A stretch of DNA of 64,000 nucleotides from Cyanophora paradoxa CCMP329 (GCA_004431415.1 QPMI01000058.1:310001-374000), one strand, 5' to 3'; positions 36,339 to 47,472 are shown, counted from the stretch's first letter. Notes: generated by a model from the letters alone, not told the origin. A program made the numbers and translations.

Positions 36339-36806
36339 TTAGCGTCTAGCTAGAACCTGAACTCGAGTATGTAATTAGATTCCGATGATATAGTAATTCG
36401 AAATACACACAACTAACGTCTAGAATTGAGCTAAACGTGTTTCCTCTGTTAGCTTCATTGTACTCATTAATATCGTCTAGAATTGAGCTAAACATGTTTT
36501 CTCTGTTAGATTCAAAGTACACAAAATTAACGTCTAGCTGTATCTGAAGATTATTCTGAGACCGGCGCTTTGGGGGTCCGCCTAAAATCACTGCTATATC
36601 TTTTGCAAAATCGATCGGACTAGACGTTAGATACTACCTAGCGGTTGCTGGATGGTTGGTTTGGAGAGGTTGTGGTGGTAGACGTAACGAAGGGATGGAA
36701 GAGAATGTGTGTTGGAAGGCGTTGGAGTGTGTGGGTTGGGGTGGTTTGGAGGAGTGAGGGTGAGAAAGAGGTGGGTGGGCTGGAACCCCCACTATCTCAT
36801 TTTTTT
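36307..36806 (-). repeat. Right TIR of element B (500 bp)
   Basis: Ends ...CCCCCACTATCTCATTTTTTT; inverted copy of 26246..26786. Confidence 0.95.
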
Positions 36807-36884
36807 AGCGTTTAGCTCTATCTAGGCGATAATGATGAGTACATTGAAGCACTTCGTGTCCCAAGAGCGCTCTGGTGCGGCCTC
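36807..36884 (+). repeat. 78-bp remnant of the left TIR of element C
   Basis: Inverted match to 57772..57849. Confidence 0.9.
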
Positions 36885-37032
36885 TGGAGAGAGTAACTTT
36901 TTACATTCACTGTAATTCCTAGCTTGCCATGAGCAGCACCAGTGACATGTTATAAAGGAATAGCACCGCCCTATAGTAACGAGCGGTTGGTTGCGCGCTT
37001 TCTCCGAAAATCTTTTGGAGCGCTATTGTTAA

Positions 37033-40000
37033 ATGGAACGACGGTTTGAGATCGCGCGGCTCAAAGAGCAGATAGCAGGCCAGGCCGAGGTTTTGTACAA
37101 TCGCAGGTTTATTCATGGACAATTTAGAAACAAACTACAGCGCATCAGTGCGAGTGGCTCACGTACGAGACTACCGACACTTCAGAAATACGCATCACTT
37201 TTGAACGAGCTTTCAACAGTACCAAGACCGCCGAGACCAGTTTCAGCTGCTCGGCTAGAGGTTGCTATTGCTGAGGGTATTGTAGCAGGATTTTCAGAGC
37301 TTCCCGATCCGAGTGTGAGCGAGTTCAGCGAAACTGAAGTTACTGAGGAGGACGGCACAGTGACGACACGTACAGCGCTGAACGGGACATATGCTGACTG
37401 GGAGTACAGGCCCTCACGTGGAACAGGCCGAGTCACGTCGATGCAGGCACAGATTGAAAATAATGCAAGATTCAGAGCAGGCGCAGTGGCATTTGTAAGC
37501 GTGCAGCAAGAATTAGCGAGTCAGGATCGAATGGGTATAGCTTTACAGGTATCAGGAGTCGGACTCTATCGCAAGCCTAACGAGGACTCAGCGCTTGCAG
37601 TAGTCATTGAGCACAGGAAATTTTACCGCATACTCCCAGGGTCAGACATTGTTGAGGCGATCCGCTCACAGCTGGAGGAGCTAGATACTATTGCGCAGGA
37701 AAAGAGCCGTGATTCTTCCGCCTTCGAGACGTGGATTAAGCTACGCTTTACCGCGATTAGATACTTCAGGCGTATGGGTGGCCGCGGACGCGGGTTTGTA
37801 CTTCCGAGCTGGCTTGCACTCAAGCAGGCCTTGATCAATATCAATGCACCAAACAACGAGTGCTTTAAATATGCTGTCCTCGCAGCGCGCAATCCGCTGG
37901 CCCAGGGGTGGATTCGAGACATGCAGGAAGCTATCGGCAGCACGAGGCATCGCTAGATTGTACGATGCTAACGTATCCGACACCACTCGATTCGAAAATG
38001 TTCAGTAAATTTGAGTGTGCGAATAATGTTAAGCTCTGCGTCTACACGACTGCGCTAGACAAGCAAGACATCGTTCCGATCCACATTAGCGCAGCAACGG
38101 ATGCTATACCGATACTTTACGTGCCAGCAGGCGACGGGAATGATGTGGGACATTATTTGTGGATAAAGAACATATCGCGCCTGTTTGGAAAGCATGGGTC
38201 GAATGCGAAGCACTATTGCTTGGCCTGCCAGTGCGGCTTTGGCTCAGACGAGGCCTTTCAGAATCATCTTAAATACGACCGGTGCCTTGATCGAGATGAG
38301 CACGCCAGGGACGTGCTTCCGAAAAAGGGCGAGCACTTTATAAAATTCAATAGTTTCGAAAAGACGATTCGCCAAAGACTAGTTGGGTATGCTGACTCGG
38401 AAACTATGACTGTACCTGTTTTACAGACCGAGAGTCCAGCAAAGACGAAGCAGCTAGGAGTCCACGCAATAGCGTCGATCGGCTGCTTAGTTATTCTAAA
38501 CAAGGGCAAAATCAAGGAACGAATGAAACTGTAGAAAGCGTTGAAAATTCAGAGACGATGCAACAGGAGCAGTTTTGGTTCTCGCATATGGATCACAAAC
38601 TGAGGAGTCTGCAGAAGCATTTGTTGCTTGGCTAGATGAAAAAGAGCCGCAGTTTAAGGGAATCTTGGAGGAGAAAGCGACGATGCAGATTACACAGGCG
38701 CAAGAGCGCTCCTTTCAGGCAGCAGAAACATGCTATATGTGTGGAAGCGAGTTTAAAGAAGTCAAAGATAAAAATCGAGATCACTGCCACGACTCCGGGC
38801 AGTATCTTGGAGCGGCATGCAATGCCTGCAACAGGCGACGAGCAAAAGCTGCCGCCGTGCCAATATTCTTTCACAATGGACGAGGATTTGACTTTCACCT
38901 ATTAGTGAGGGCTTTAGCAGCAGGATATAACCGGCGGAAAGTCGCAGAAAATGCATTCCGAGACGAGGTCGAGCGCAAGTTTCAAGCAAAATACGCAGGA
39001 CGTGAGCTGAGTACAGATCATGCAATAAATGCAAAGAAGCGACTTGAGCGTGAATTACGTCCTCGTGAGTTACTGTCGACGAAGTTTGACCAGGTGTTTC
39101 AGAACAGCGAGCGTATGTCACAGTTCACATACGGCATTTACGTTTTCCGTGACTCTGCTCAGCACCTGCAGGGTAGTCTCGATAGCCTTGCGGCTGCAGT
39201 ACCTGATGTGAAAAAGAATATCACACGTGCACTACATGAGAGCGAGACACGGTTCAAACTAATGACGCGCAAGGGTGTCTATCCATACAAGTACATTACG
39301 GGCTGGGATCGTCTTGCAGAGACATCACTACCAGGACGCCGCCAATTTTACAATGAGCTAAAACAGTTGAAGTGCTCTCGTGATGATTATATCCACGCTC
39401 AATCGGTCTGGCGTGAGCTTGGTTGCAGGACAATGGCTGACTATACATTGGAGTACATGAAGACAGACATAGCTCTTCTAGGAGACATATTTGAAAACTA
39501 CCGTGACACGTGTATGGAGACGTATAAGCTGGACCCAAGCTACGTTATGAGCATTCCAGGTTTCTCGTGGCAAGCAGCTTTGAAACACACTGGCCAGCAA
39601 CTGGAGCTGTTTCACGAAGGGCAAGAAGATATGCACCGCTTTATTGAGAAAGGGATTCGGGGAGGAATCTCGATGATATCAACACGCTATGCTAGAGCTA
39701 ATAATGCCTGGATTGATAAGTACATCGTGGGTCACAGGAAAAAACAGGGCTGGTTACTTTATCTCGATGCGAATAATCTTTATGGACTTTCTATGAAACA
39801 GAAACTTCCTACAGGGACTTCAAATGGGAGAACATTAGTATTACTACTGATCCTAAACTGTATATCACAGACCTAGATGCAAACGGTCCACGAGGGTTTG
39901 CTTTGGAGGTTGACATGCATTGTCCAGAAGAGATGCATGATTATTTTAGTGATTATCCACTTGCTCCGAGCGTATGTGCATTGTAAAAGAGCACCTATCA

Positions 40001-41070
40001 GAGGCGCAGCGAAAAACTATTGAGCGTGAAAAACTAAGCGGGATCGAGAGAACGCCAAAGCTGGTTCCAAACCTGTTGCCAAAGAAGAATTATGTTGTTG
40101 ATGCACGAGTGCTACAGTTTTATGTGTCGATGGGAATGGTTGTTTCTAGAATACACAGAGTGCTTTCGTTCGAGCAAAGTGCATGGCTAGAGAGCTATAT
40201 CGATTTGAACACTCTGAAGCGAAAACAGGCAGAATTCCCGTATGAAAAAGATCTTTATAAGCTACTAAATAATGCGGTGTTTGGGAAAACGATGGAAAAC
40301 GTACGCAAGCACTGCAATTCAGAGCTTGTGACAACAGGAGAACGACTAGCGAAAATCAACACAGAGCCGAACCGCTTGAGACAGGTCGCTATCTATGACG
40401 AAAACTTGGTGTATGTAAATAAGCGAAAGAGCGAATACAAACTCAACAAACCGATCTACTGTGGGTTCACAATCCTTGATCTATCAAAGCTACATATGTA
40501 TCGGTTTTACTACCAGGTGCTGAAAGCGCTTTGGGGCGAGCGGCTTAAGCTACTTGGAACAGATACAGACAGTCTCATTATTCAGATTGAGACCGAAAAT
40601 TTATACGAGGACCTTCGCAAAATCAAAAACGAGCTAGATGTTAGTGAATACCCTACGAGTCACCCGTTCTTTGAAGGGATGTCAGAAGACGAAGTGCAGC
40701 GACTAAGATCGATGGGCAAGGTTCCAGGGCTGTTCAAGGACGAGTGTGGCGGCAGACAAATGCTTGAGTGGATCGCGAACCGACCGAAATCGTACTATAT
40801 GAGCACAGAGGAATCACAAGTGCACAAGTGCAAGGGCGTTAACAAGACGTTCAGCAGCTCGCTGACACGAGAGCGATACTACGACTGCATCTTTGGGGCA
40901 TATCATGCAACGTAGATGGAATTCTCGGCTTCAGATCGAAACAGCATCGGATCTGGCTACAGCGGACATCAAAGCAAGCCCTACACCCGCTTGATACCAA
41001 GCGATTCCTGTGCGAGGATGGTGTGAACACCAGGGCGATAGGTCACTATAAAAATCTTTCGAATAACTAA
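37033..41070 (+). CDS. polB: Protein-primed family B DNA polymerase, split by several frameshifts
   Basis: Fragments are collinear with the B pPolB: ECFKY...GHYLWIKN, YADSET, CYMC..DHCHDSG..CNACN, HNGRGFD, YLDANNLYG, KLLNNAVFGK, TDTDS, tail LHPLDTKR...GHYKNLSNN*. Confidence 0.92.
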
Positions 41071-41999
41071 TGGCACCCTCATTCAAAATCACTGCACCAC
41101 CAGGGGCATATCAAGTCGACATACTTTTCATAGGACGTTTTCGACTATTTGCAGCGATTGAGATTGCAACTCGATTCGCAGTTGTCAGAAAGCTTGAAGA
41201 TGCTAAACAGATTCCGAAATTCATCGCTCAGCTGCCTGGGATCTGGGGTTTTTCGGGCGACAACGGCTTTAATACGGCTGCTGTGCGGGCAATGGCCGAA
41301 GAGAATTCATTTTCGATGCACACTGACGTCGCTAAGGATGATCACATATCGAAAGGCGACAAGCTAGGGATCATCGATCGATTCGCACGGACATTGCGAG
41401 CCATGATTCAGGCAGACACAGAGGAACGAGGGTCGCCGAATTTTCTCTCCCGGCTGCCTGCTTTGATCAAGGCATACAATCAAACAAAACACAGCTCTTT
41501 TGGCAGAGAGTATTCACCAGCCTGGATGCGAGATCACCCACAGGTTGCTGCCCAGCTGCACCAGGTGCGTCAACGACAGAACGACATTGAGAGAGACGCA
41601 TTGAATCTACCAAAGCCAGGGACTGAGGTGCAGATACTCGAGCCTAAGAGCAGCATCTTTGCGAAGGGAGCTACGAAACCGAGCAAGGAGACGTACACAG
41701 TCGTGGGGCAGGACAGGAACCGAATAAGGGTCGCAACCAAAGAGGGACAGATATTAAGCCGTAGAATCAAGCCTTCAGAAATTCGAGCCCCGAGACAGCT
41801 TCCGAATCAGTCAAAAATAGAACGAGCTGCGGCTAAGGCAAAGCAAGAGCAACAGCTACGGCGCGAGGGTCTCATTGAAACGAAAAAGTATAGCGGACAA
41901 AGTCGGCAAGCTCGTGAGCTCAAAAAACTAGAGGTTGCAGGGGAGCCTTCACTGCGATTAGGAAGTAAGGTCGCTGGAAACTATGCCCGCCGCAATTAG
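41070..41999 (+). CDS. rve integrase (close homologue of the B integrase)
   Basis: YQVDILF, SGDNGF, KLGIIDRFARTLR; the start overlaps the pPolB stop (TAATG). Confidence 0.92.
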   Translation: MAPSFKITAPPGAYQVDILFIGRFRLFAAIEIATRFAVVRKLEDAKQIPKFIAQLPGIWGFSGDNGFNTAAVRAMAEENSFSMHTDVAKDDHISKGDKLGIIDRFARTLRAMIQADTEERGSPNFLSRLPALIKAYNQTKHSSFGREYSPAWMRDHPQVAAQLHQVRQRQNDIERDALNLPKPGTEVQILEPKSSIFAKGATKPSKETYTVVGQDRNRIRVATKEGQILSRRIKPSEIRAPRQLPNQSKIERAAAKAKQEQQLRREGLIETKKYSGQSRQARELKKLEVAGEPSLRLGSKVAGNYARRN

Positions 42000-42275
42000 C
42001 GACCTAATTTCAGTGCGCCTTCGCTCTCGGTATTTTCGGTCGTTGTCAAGTTTTCGTTCAGGGTGTGCAAGGTTATATTGACGGGAGACAGCAATCTGCC
42101 GCTGCCGGTAATCTGGATTTTCATGGTATCGCTTTCGCTGCAGATCTGCACGTCTTTTGCGTCTCTCTGCAAGTATCTCTGGCGTAACCTCACTACGTAT
42201 GTGCACAGGCTTCTCAAAATTCTTGCGAGGCCTGCCTCGTGGACGGGAAGCAGCCGTGATTTCCGCACTGTCCAT
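41958..42275 (-). CDS. Small basic AT-hook protein
   Basis: RPRGRPRK...RYHENPDYRQR; homologue of 30958..31248. Confidence 0.7.
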   Translation of the reverse strand: MDSAEITAASRPRGRPRKNFEKPVHIRSEVTPEILAERRKRRADLQRKRYHENPDYRQRQIAVSRQYNLAHPERKLDNDRKYRERRRTEIRSLIAAGIVSSDLTS

Positions 42276-42376
42276 TATGAGTGGGTATGTGATTGATATA
42301 TAGGAAAGAAATTCGAGAAACGTTTATGGCGCGTTCAAATCGAAAAATTAAATCGCAGCGGTTTATATAAAACAAA

Positions 42377-42637
42377 ATGGTCGCAGGAACAATTCGATTT
42401 GGGAAGTACCGAGGTGAGACTCATTTGAAGGTTGTTTTAACCGATCCGAAATATGCCGAATGGCTAATGTCTTGGGAACATCTTCGTGAGTATGATAAAC
42501 GTGAATTGCAGCGTGCATTTGAGATTTCGCAATTAGAAGATTTGACTTTGCATCAACGACGTCCTACAGTTGAACTACCAGATTTCACAGACGAATTCGT
42601 CTCCCTCCCATCGCATTCTTCAGTTGCGACCCAGTAG
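42377..42637 (+). CDS. Small FGKYRG-motif protein (DUF3820/ExoX C-terminal-like)
   Basis: IRFGKYRGETH..V..DPKYAEWL; TATATAAAACAAAATG start context. Confidence 0.6.
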   Translation: MVAGTIRFGKYRGETHLKVVLTDPKYAEWLMSWEHLREYDKRELQRAFEISQLEDLTLHQRRPTVELPDFTDEFVSLPSHSSVATQ

Positions 42638-43214
42638 CATTTGGTTCGAAAACATTTGGAGAAGCAGTTTTAACCTCGGCAGAGTCAAGCGATTGCTCGG
42701 CTTTAGCTTTTTCATTTTTCAAATAGCGTAAATCTGGTACGTCCATAGGTCTGTGCTTAAACATCTCGCTTCGCAACATCTCGCGGATCTTAGCTCTTTC
42801 TTGCTTGTCTTTTACATACGATTCGATATTAGCTGATCGAGCCTCGAGATCTCGCAATTTATCTGTTAGTTCCTCGATCTGACTCTTTGATACTGTTGCT
42901 GTCTTGATTTTTGGCCCTGAATAACGTGGTTCAGATGCCATTGCTTGGATAATTCTAGCAGCATCATCATCAATATCGGACTGCATTTCAGTAACAGTTT
43001 TAGCCTGGCTTTGTCGATCGTCAATCGCACTTGCGTTAGCTGCTGCCGACGCAATTGTTTTCGCTACGGGTGCGTTTAGTTTGGGGGTGCTTGCAAGCTC
43101 CCCGCTAGGATTAGCAACAGCTGCGCCTTCAGTCGACCCACTTTCAACTAGTGGTTCAACAACATTAACCTTGCGTCTTTCACGATAACCCTTTTTAGGA
43201 ATCCCGCGACCCAT
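42585..43214 (-). CDS. Hypothetical coiled-coil protein
   Basis: 209-aa ORF directly downstream of the ATPase on the same strand. Confidence 0.65.
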   Translation of the reverse strand: MGRGIPKKGYRERRKVNVVEPLVESGSTEGAAVANPSGELASTPKLNAPVAKTIASAAANASAIDDRQSQAKTVTEMQSDIDDDAARIIQAMASEPRYSGPKIKTATVSKSQIEELTDKLRDLEARSANIESYVKDKQERAKIREMLRSEMFKHRPMDVPDLRYLKNEKAKAEQSLDSAEVKTASPNVFEPNATGSQLKNAMGGRRIRL

Positions 43215-43223
43215 CTTATTTTA

Positions 43224-43964
43224 TTAAGATAATATTTTAAAACGCCTTTTTTTAGAGATAACAGGTAATTCTTTTTTAGACTCTTCTTCTTGTTTTAGCC
43301 ATTTAGAGAAACGAAAACTCTTATCTTCGACGGCTTTATCAACGTACCAGGCAGTATCATATTTAGTTCCATCCAAAACTAAGCACTGATAATCGTGCGC
43401 CCAAGTCTCGAACAAGGCGATGAACTTATCCTTTGGTAGGTGTGAAAAGTCTCGATAAATTGCCTCCAGTTCAGTATGATTAGAGTAACTGAAGAAAAAA
43501 CAATAGTCGGAGTTCGATCTTATAGATTGACTCAATGCTGTAAGCTTTTGCGACATTAAAATCGTAGAAATGCAAAAATGGCGGCACTGCATAAAAAGTC
43601 GATTAACAACCTTGCTGTTTCGAAGATCAACAGTTTCAGATGCAGCAACAAGATCGTCCAATACAAGTAATATCTGCGGCGCTTTCTTTTTGTTTTCGAT
43701 TAGAGCGCGCTGTGAATCAATGATTTCTGCAACAATGGCAGGTTGAAAATCATCGTAAAGCTCTTTTGTTATTGCTTCGTATTCACCATTGAATTTGGTG
43801 GCCGTAAACACAACCACTCGATTAATCTTTGGATATAGCAGTCGAAGCAGATGCTTTGTGCAATAGAACGATTTGCCACTATTAGATTTCGATATAAACA
43901 GGGCTTTAAAAGGGACCCTCATATCGCTAGGCTGGAACTTTGCGAGCTCTTGAGACCCATCCAT
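43224..43964 (-). CDS. A32-type packaging ATPase (variant Walker A)
   Basis: FISKSNSGKS, LVLDD, QCRHF, SQK...IRSNSDY. Confidence 0.9.
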   Translation of the reverse strand: MDGSQELAKFQPSDMRVPFKALFISKSNSGKSFYCTKHLLRLLYPKINRVVVFTATKFNGEYEAITKELYDDFQPAIVAEIIDSQRALIENKKKAPQILLVLDDLVAASETVDLRNSKVVNRLFMQCRHFCISTILMSQKLTALSQSIRSNSDYCFFFSYSNHTELEAIYRDFSHLPKDKFIALFETWAHDYQCLVLDGTKYDTAWYVDKAVEDKSFRFSKWLKQEEESKKELPVISKKRRFKILS

Positions 43965-43984
43965 CAAAAAGATAGTCGGTGAAA

Positions 43985-45372
43985 TTAGAGGTTCACCTTA
44001 CGAAGACCCGCAGCATCAACAATTAGTACAGTGTGAAGGAGAGCTCGAACCTGGACGTAAATCTTGTTGTTTGCATCGTATGCAGCAGGGTTCATAATAT
44101 TCAGGAAGCAGCTGCTGGAGTTCGTCAGATCTACGAAACCAGTTTGAGCAGCATTTCGAATCGATTTATCCCCACTAATGCAAAATGGCAAACCAGTCAG
44201 AACATACCGATTAAGAGGCGCGTCTAGATTGGAGCACTTGAAGACATCAGCGATGAGTTCGGCACCTTGCAGGAGAGGAACGGGCTCATTTGAATAAAGT
44301 CTCTGGCCATTCAATTCGCAGGAAATAGTAATATCGCGAGCATTAGCCTCGGTTTTGAGGACACTGTGTTTTCCATCAGTTTGGTTCATGTTTGGCTGCT
44401 TGCGAATGCTAACGAACAGGCCGTAGCAAAGTCCACTGATTTGAGACAGATTAATCCGGGTGGGCGCTCCCGCACCAGCATAAGTAATTGAATCAGCATC
44501 AACCCAGCCGACATCGGTAGCGGGAATTGCGATTCCAGACGTTTTGACTTTCTCAATCACCTGGGCAAAAGTGGCCTCATCAACGTTGATGCAATGAGCA
44601 ATAATCTTTGGATTCGAAAGCTCCGGATTGGCAGGGGTGACACTGAGAACATTGGGAGTTATATTCTGGCCGATGTTTGCAGGGGATGCAGCAGCAGCTC
44701 CCACGCTCCCAAGTCCATCTTCTTTAGAAGCATCACCGCCTATGGCATATTCTGTTACAAACCTACCACCATAGCTGGTTTCGACGAAGCCCTGGGCACG
44801 ATCACGGAACCAAACCTCGACGGAAACCTCGCCAGATAGAGCACCAATCGGAAGCACAGAACCCTCCCAGGGACAGGGGATTTTTACACTGAAAATACCT
44901 CCAGTGCGATTGCTCCCCTGAGGTGGTGTTCCATGGAGCCAGCCACCGGATCGGTACTTCTTTTTAAGCTGAGCATCATCATTGTAAATCAGTGCGCTGT
45001 GAACAAGCCAGTCCTCGGGACAATGTAGCTGTAGGAAGCATATTTGATTTCGATTCGCTTTACGAGAGCACCAACCGATCGCAAATAACCAGTGCGAACC
45101 AGGTCAGTGTCACCAGTAAATGCTGTCAGCTCGGGAAGGGTAAACTGGAGTTCGAGTCCCTGAAGGAAATTGTATCGGGGCAGGAAATAAGTAACCCTCT
45201 TTCCGAAGCAGTCTCCATAGTCATTGCTTGGGTTGACAACAACACGAACAGGCTTGGTTTGGCTCGTTAGACCTAACATAAGCTCGTTGTTCATGAAGAA
45301 GTCCTTCGCTTCCTGAGGTGTGGTGAGGAGCTCTTTGAGGCCGAGCCGCTGCAAATTCTGAGTAACATCCAT
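43985..45372 (-). CDS. Major capsid protein, divergent type (~460 aa, frameshifted near 44990)
   Basis: N-terminus GLKELLT...FGKRVTYFLPR..FLQGLELQF..P parallels the A and B MCPs; LPIGALSGEVSVEVWFR hinge; lies immediately upstream of the ATPase. Confidence 0.75.
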
Positions 45373-45423
45373 CGAAGTATATAATTGCAGTGAAAGAAAA
45401 TAATTCTGCCGCTTCACCAAGAC

Positions 45424-46377
45424 TCAGTTTGACGAATTGATCCAAGGATATGTCTTTGACCTTTTCTGGAGCTGAAGTTTTGCAAGTTCGTAAACAACAT
45501 CACCATTGGGTTCGTCAGGACCATAACGAATTTCGAGAATAAATGACACAGGAGCTCCATTTAAATCAGCGATTCGCTGCATAAAATCGTAAATCTCAAT
45601 AGTCACAGAGTAGAGGTCCAGCTTTGAATAAACATACTTATACAAAGGAGTTGCTTCAGTTGAATCATAGTAGGCTGTTTCGCCTGGACGGAGGGCGCTG
45701 GAATGCTGAGCTTTGAGAAAAAGCCAGGAATTGAAGTATTGGGCATACTGACAAGGTCACCAATTTCAGGAATGCGAAGTAGCACATGATCATCGGGAGT
45801 GACATCGGGTTCATAAGCGCCTTCTATATATTGAATATCGACAGTTAAAGCCTTAGACCGAATCGGTAGAATTGATCGCAAGCCTAGCAGCTTTGCAGTT
45901 CGCTGAGCCCTAGCAACAGCCTGGTAGTTTCTGATTTCCCGCCCACCAGGTTCGGTGCCAACATCAGAGCAATAAAGAACTCGAAGCTAGCTGTGAACCC
46001 TATTGATTTAACTGCTGAATTATACGTGCACGTGATACCAGTCCCCGTCAACCTTTCGTTTATCTTTGTCACAAGCGAGGTGACGTCGTAATTTCCAGGT
46101 GGAATTGTAATGTTATTCCAGGCTCCAAAACCTGGCTGAGGTGGGTCTGGTCCTCATTTGCAGGATCATATTTGCACCAATATATATACGTGTCAAACAC
46201 TAAATCCTCTGCTGGATCGAGTGCATCAACTGTGCTCATTGTGTTGGGGATCTCAGCAGATACCAGGCGCACGGCTTTTACATCCTGATAAACTTTAGGC
46301 AGTCTTACTTTAAATTTTGAGGTGGATGTCAGCTCATCCGCTTGGTGGCTTGCAATGCAGACGTAGTCCGTCGGCAT
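45424..46377 (-). CDS. Penton-like protein 1 (frameshifted)
   Basis: YVCIAS...KFKVRLPKVYQDVKAVRLVSAEIPNT, VLLRIPEI, LYSVTIEIYD...DLNGAPVSFILEI, spread over four short ORFs. Confidence 0.7.
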
Positions 46378-46404
46378 CTTTTTTATATCAGTTAGAGAAT
46401 AAAA

Positions 46405-47321
46405 ATGGTCGAAGACAAGCATCGACGCTGCGCCAGGCTCAGCTTTGACAGTAGAGACAGAAGGCCAATCGATTCAGAGGCAAACTTTGTGCTAGAAATA
46501 AATGAACCTATAATCAATCCAGTTGCTGTTCGACTTACCCAGTGTGAGTTCGCAAACAGCCTTTACACGAGCATTAGAGATGAGTATCTTTCGATCACCT
46601 TCCCCAACATTTGGACGGAAAATCTGGCAGTTTTTGAGCCTGGTATAATTACTACTGCAAATATGGGCGAAACAGATCTTTACAACTTTGGCCTATCGTT
46701 TAAGTTTGAACTGGGGGAATCGTAATAGCATATTTCAAATTGTTTCGGGACCCAGAGACACTGAAGATGTCTGCCTATTGCAACCGTTCCTGCACAGTAA
46801 CCTGCCAGTTCAAAGCTCTATCGAATCTGCTAGGGCTGAACCGAAATGAGCCCCTCCAGCTGTCTCCTATCGTGTTTGAAGGAGGACAAAGATCAGTAAC
46901 TGCAGCTGAGCGATATCTCGAGGTTGCTGGCATTCCAGTAACACCTTCACACCCTGAATATGGCGTGGATTTCACCGAAAGAATGCGGAGTGAGCCACTT
47001 GGTTATGCTGTCGAATTTCCAAAGATAATTGACATGAACAGCGACCAGTATCTATTCCTAGTCTGTGAAGAGCTTCGACCATTTGCTTCAAAGCTTCGCC
47101 GTGGGGCCAAAACAATGTGCAACTACGGGCTTGCTCGAATTCAAATGAGTCAGGACGTTGGCAAATTCGTTTATATAAATCAGGATCATCAAAGCGAATG
47201 GATCCCCATCGAAGAGCGTCTTGTGCTGACTTCCTTGCGACTGCGCATTGTAGACAGAGATGGTGATGATGTATTACTGAATGGATTGCCATGGTCTGGG
47301 GAGCTCCAGTTCATCACTTAG
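46405..47321 (+). CDS. Penton-like protein 2 (frameshifted near 46700)
   Basis: LSFDSRDR...NFVLEINEPI.NPVAVRL...NSLY and LARIQM...LTSLRLRIVDRDG....LNGLPWSGELQF. Confidence 0.7.
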
Positions 47322-47472
47322 GGAAAGTCGCCAGAGTTGCAGACAAGCCGAAGGCAAGGAGCCACTTGTGCTCCGCACAGCGACCGCTGCGCCAAACTGA
47401 TTTGAAAAGTCGCAGACAAGCAGCTCGGCTGTGCCTCCGCCCCGTTTTATTTCTTGGCACAATATATATAAA

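Larger units (their letters stand above)
26246..36806. mobile_element. Endogenous Polinton-like virus, element B (complete, 10561 bp)
   Basis: Bounded by long TIRs; encodes pPolB, integrase, ATPase, MCP and penton. ORFs are intact except for one frameshift. Confidence 0.95.
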
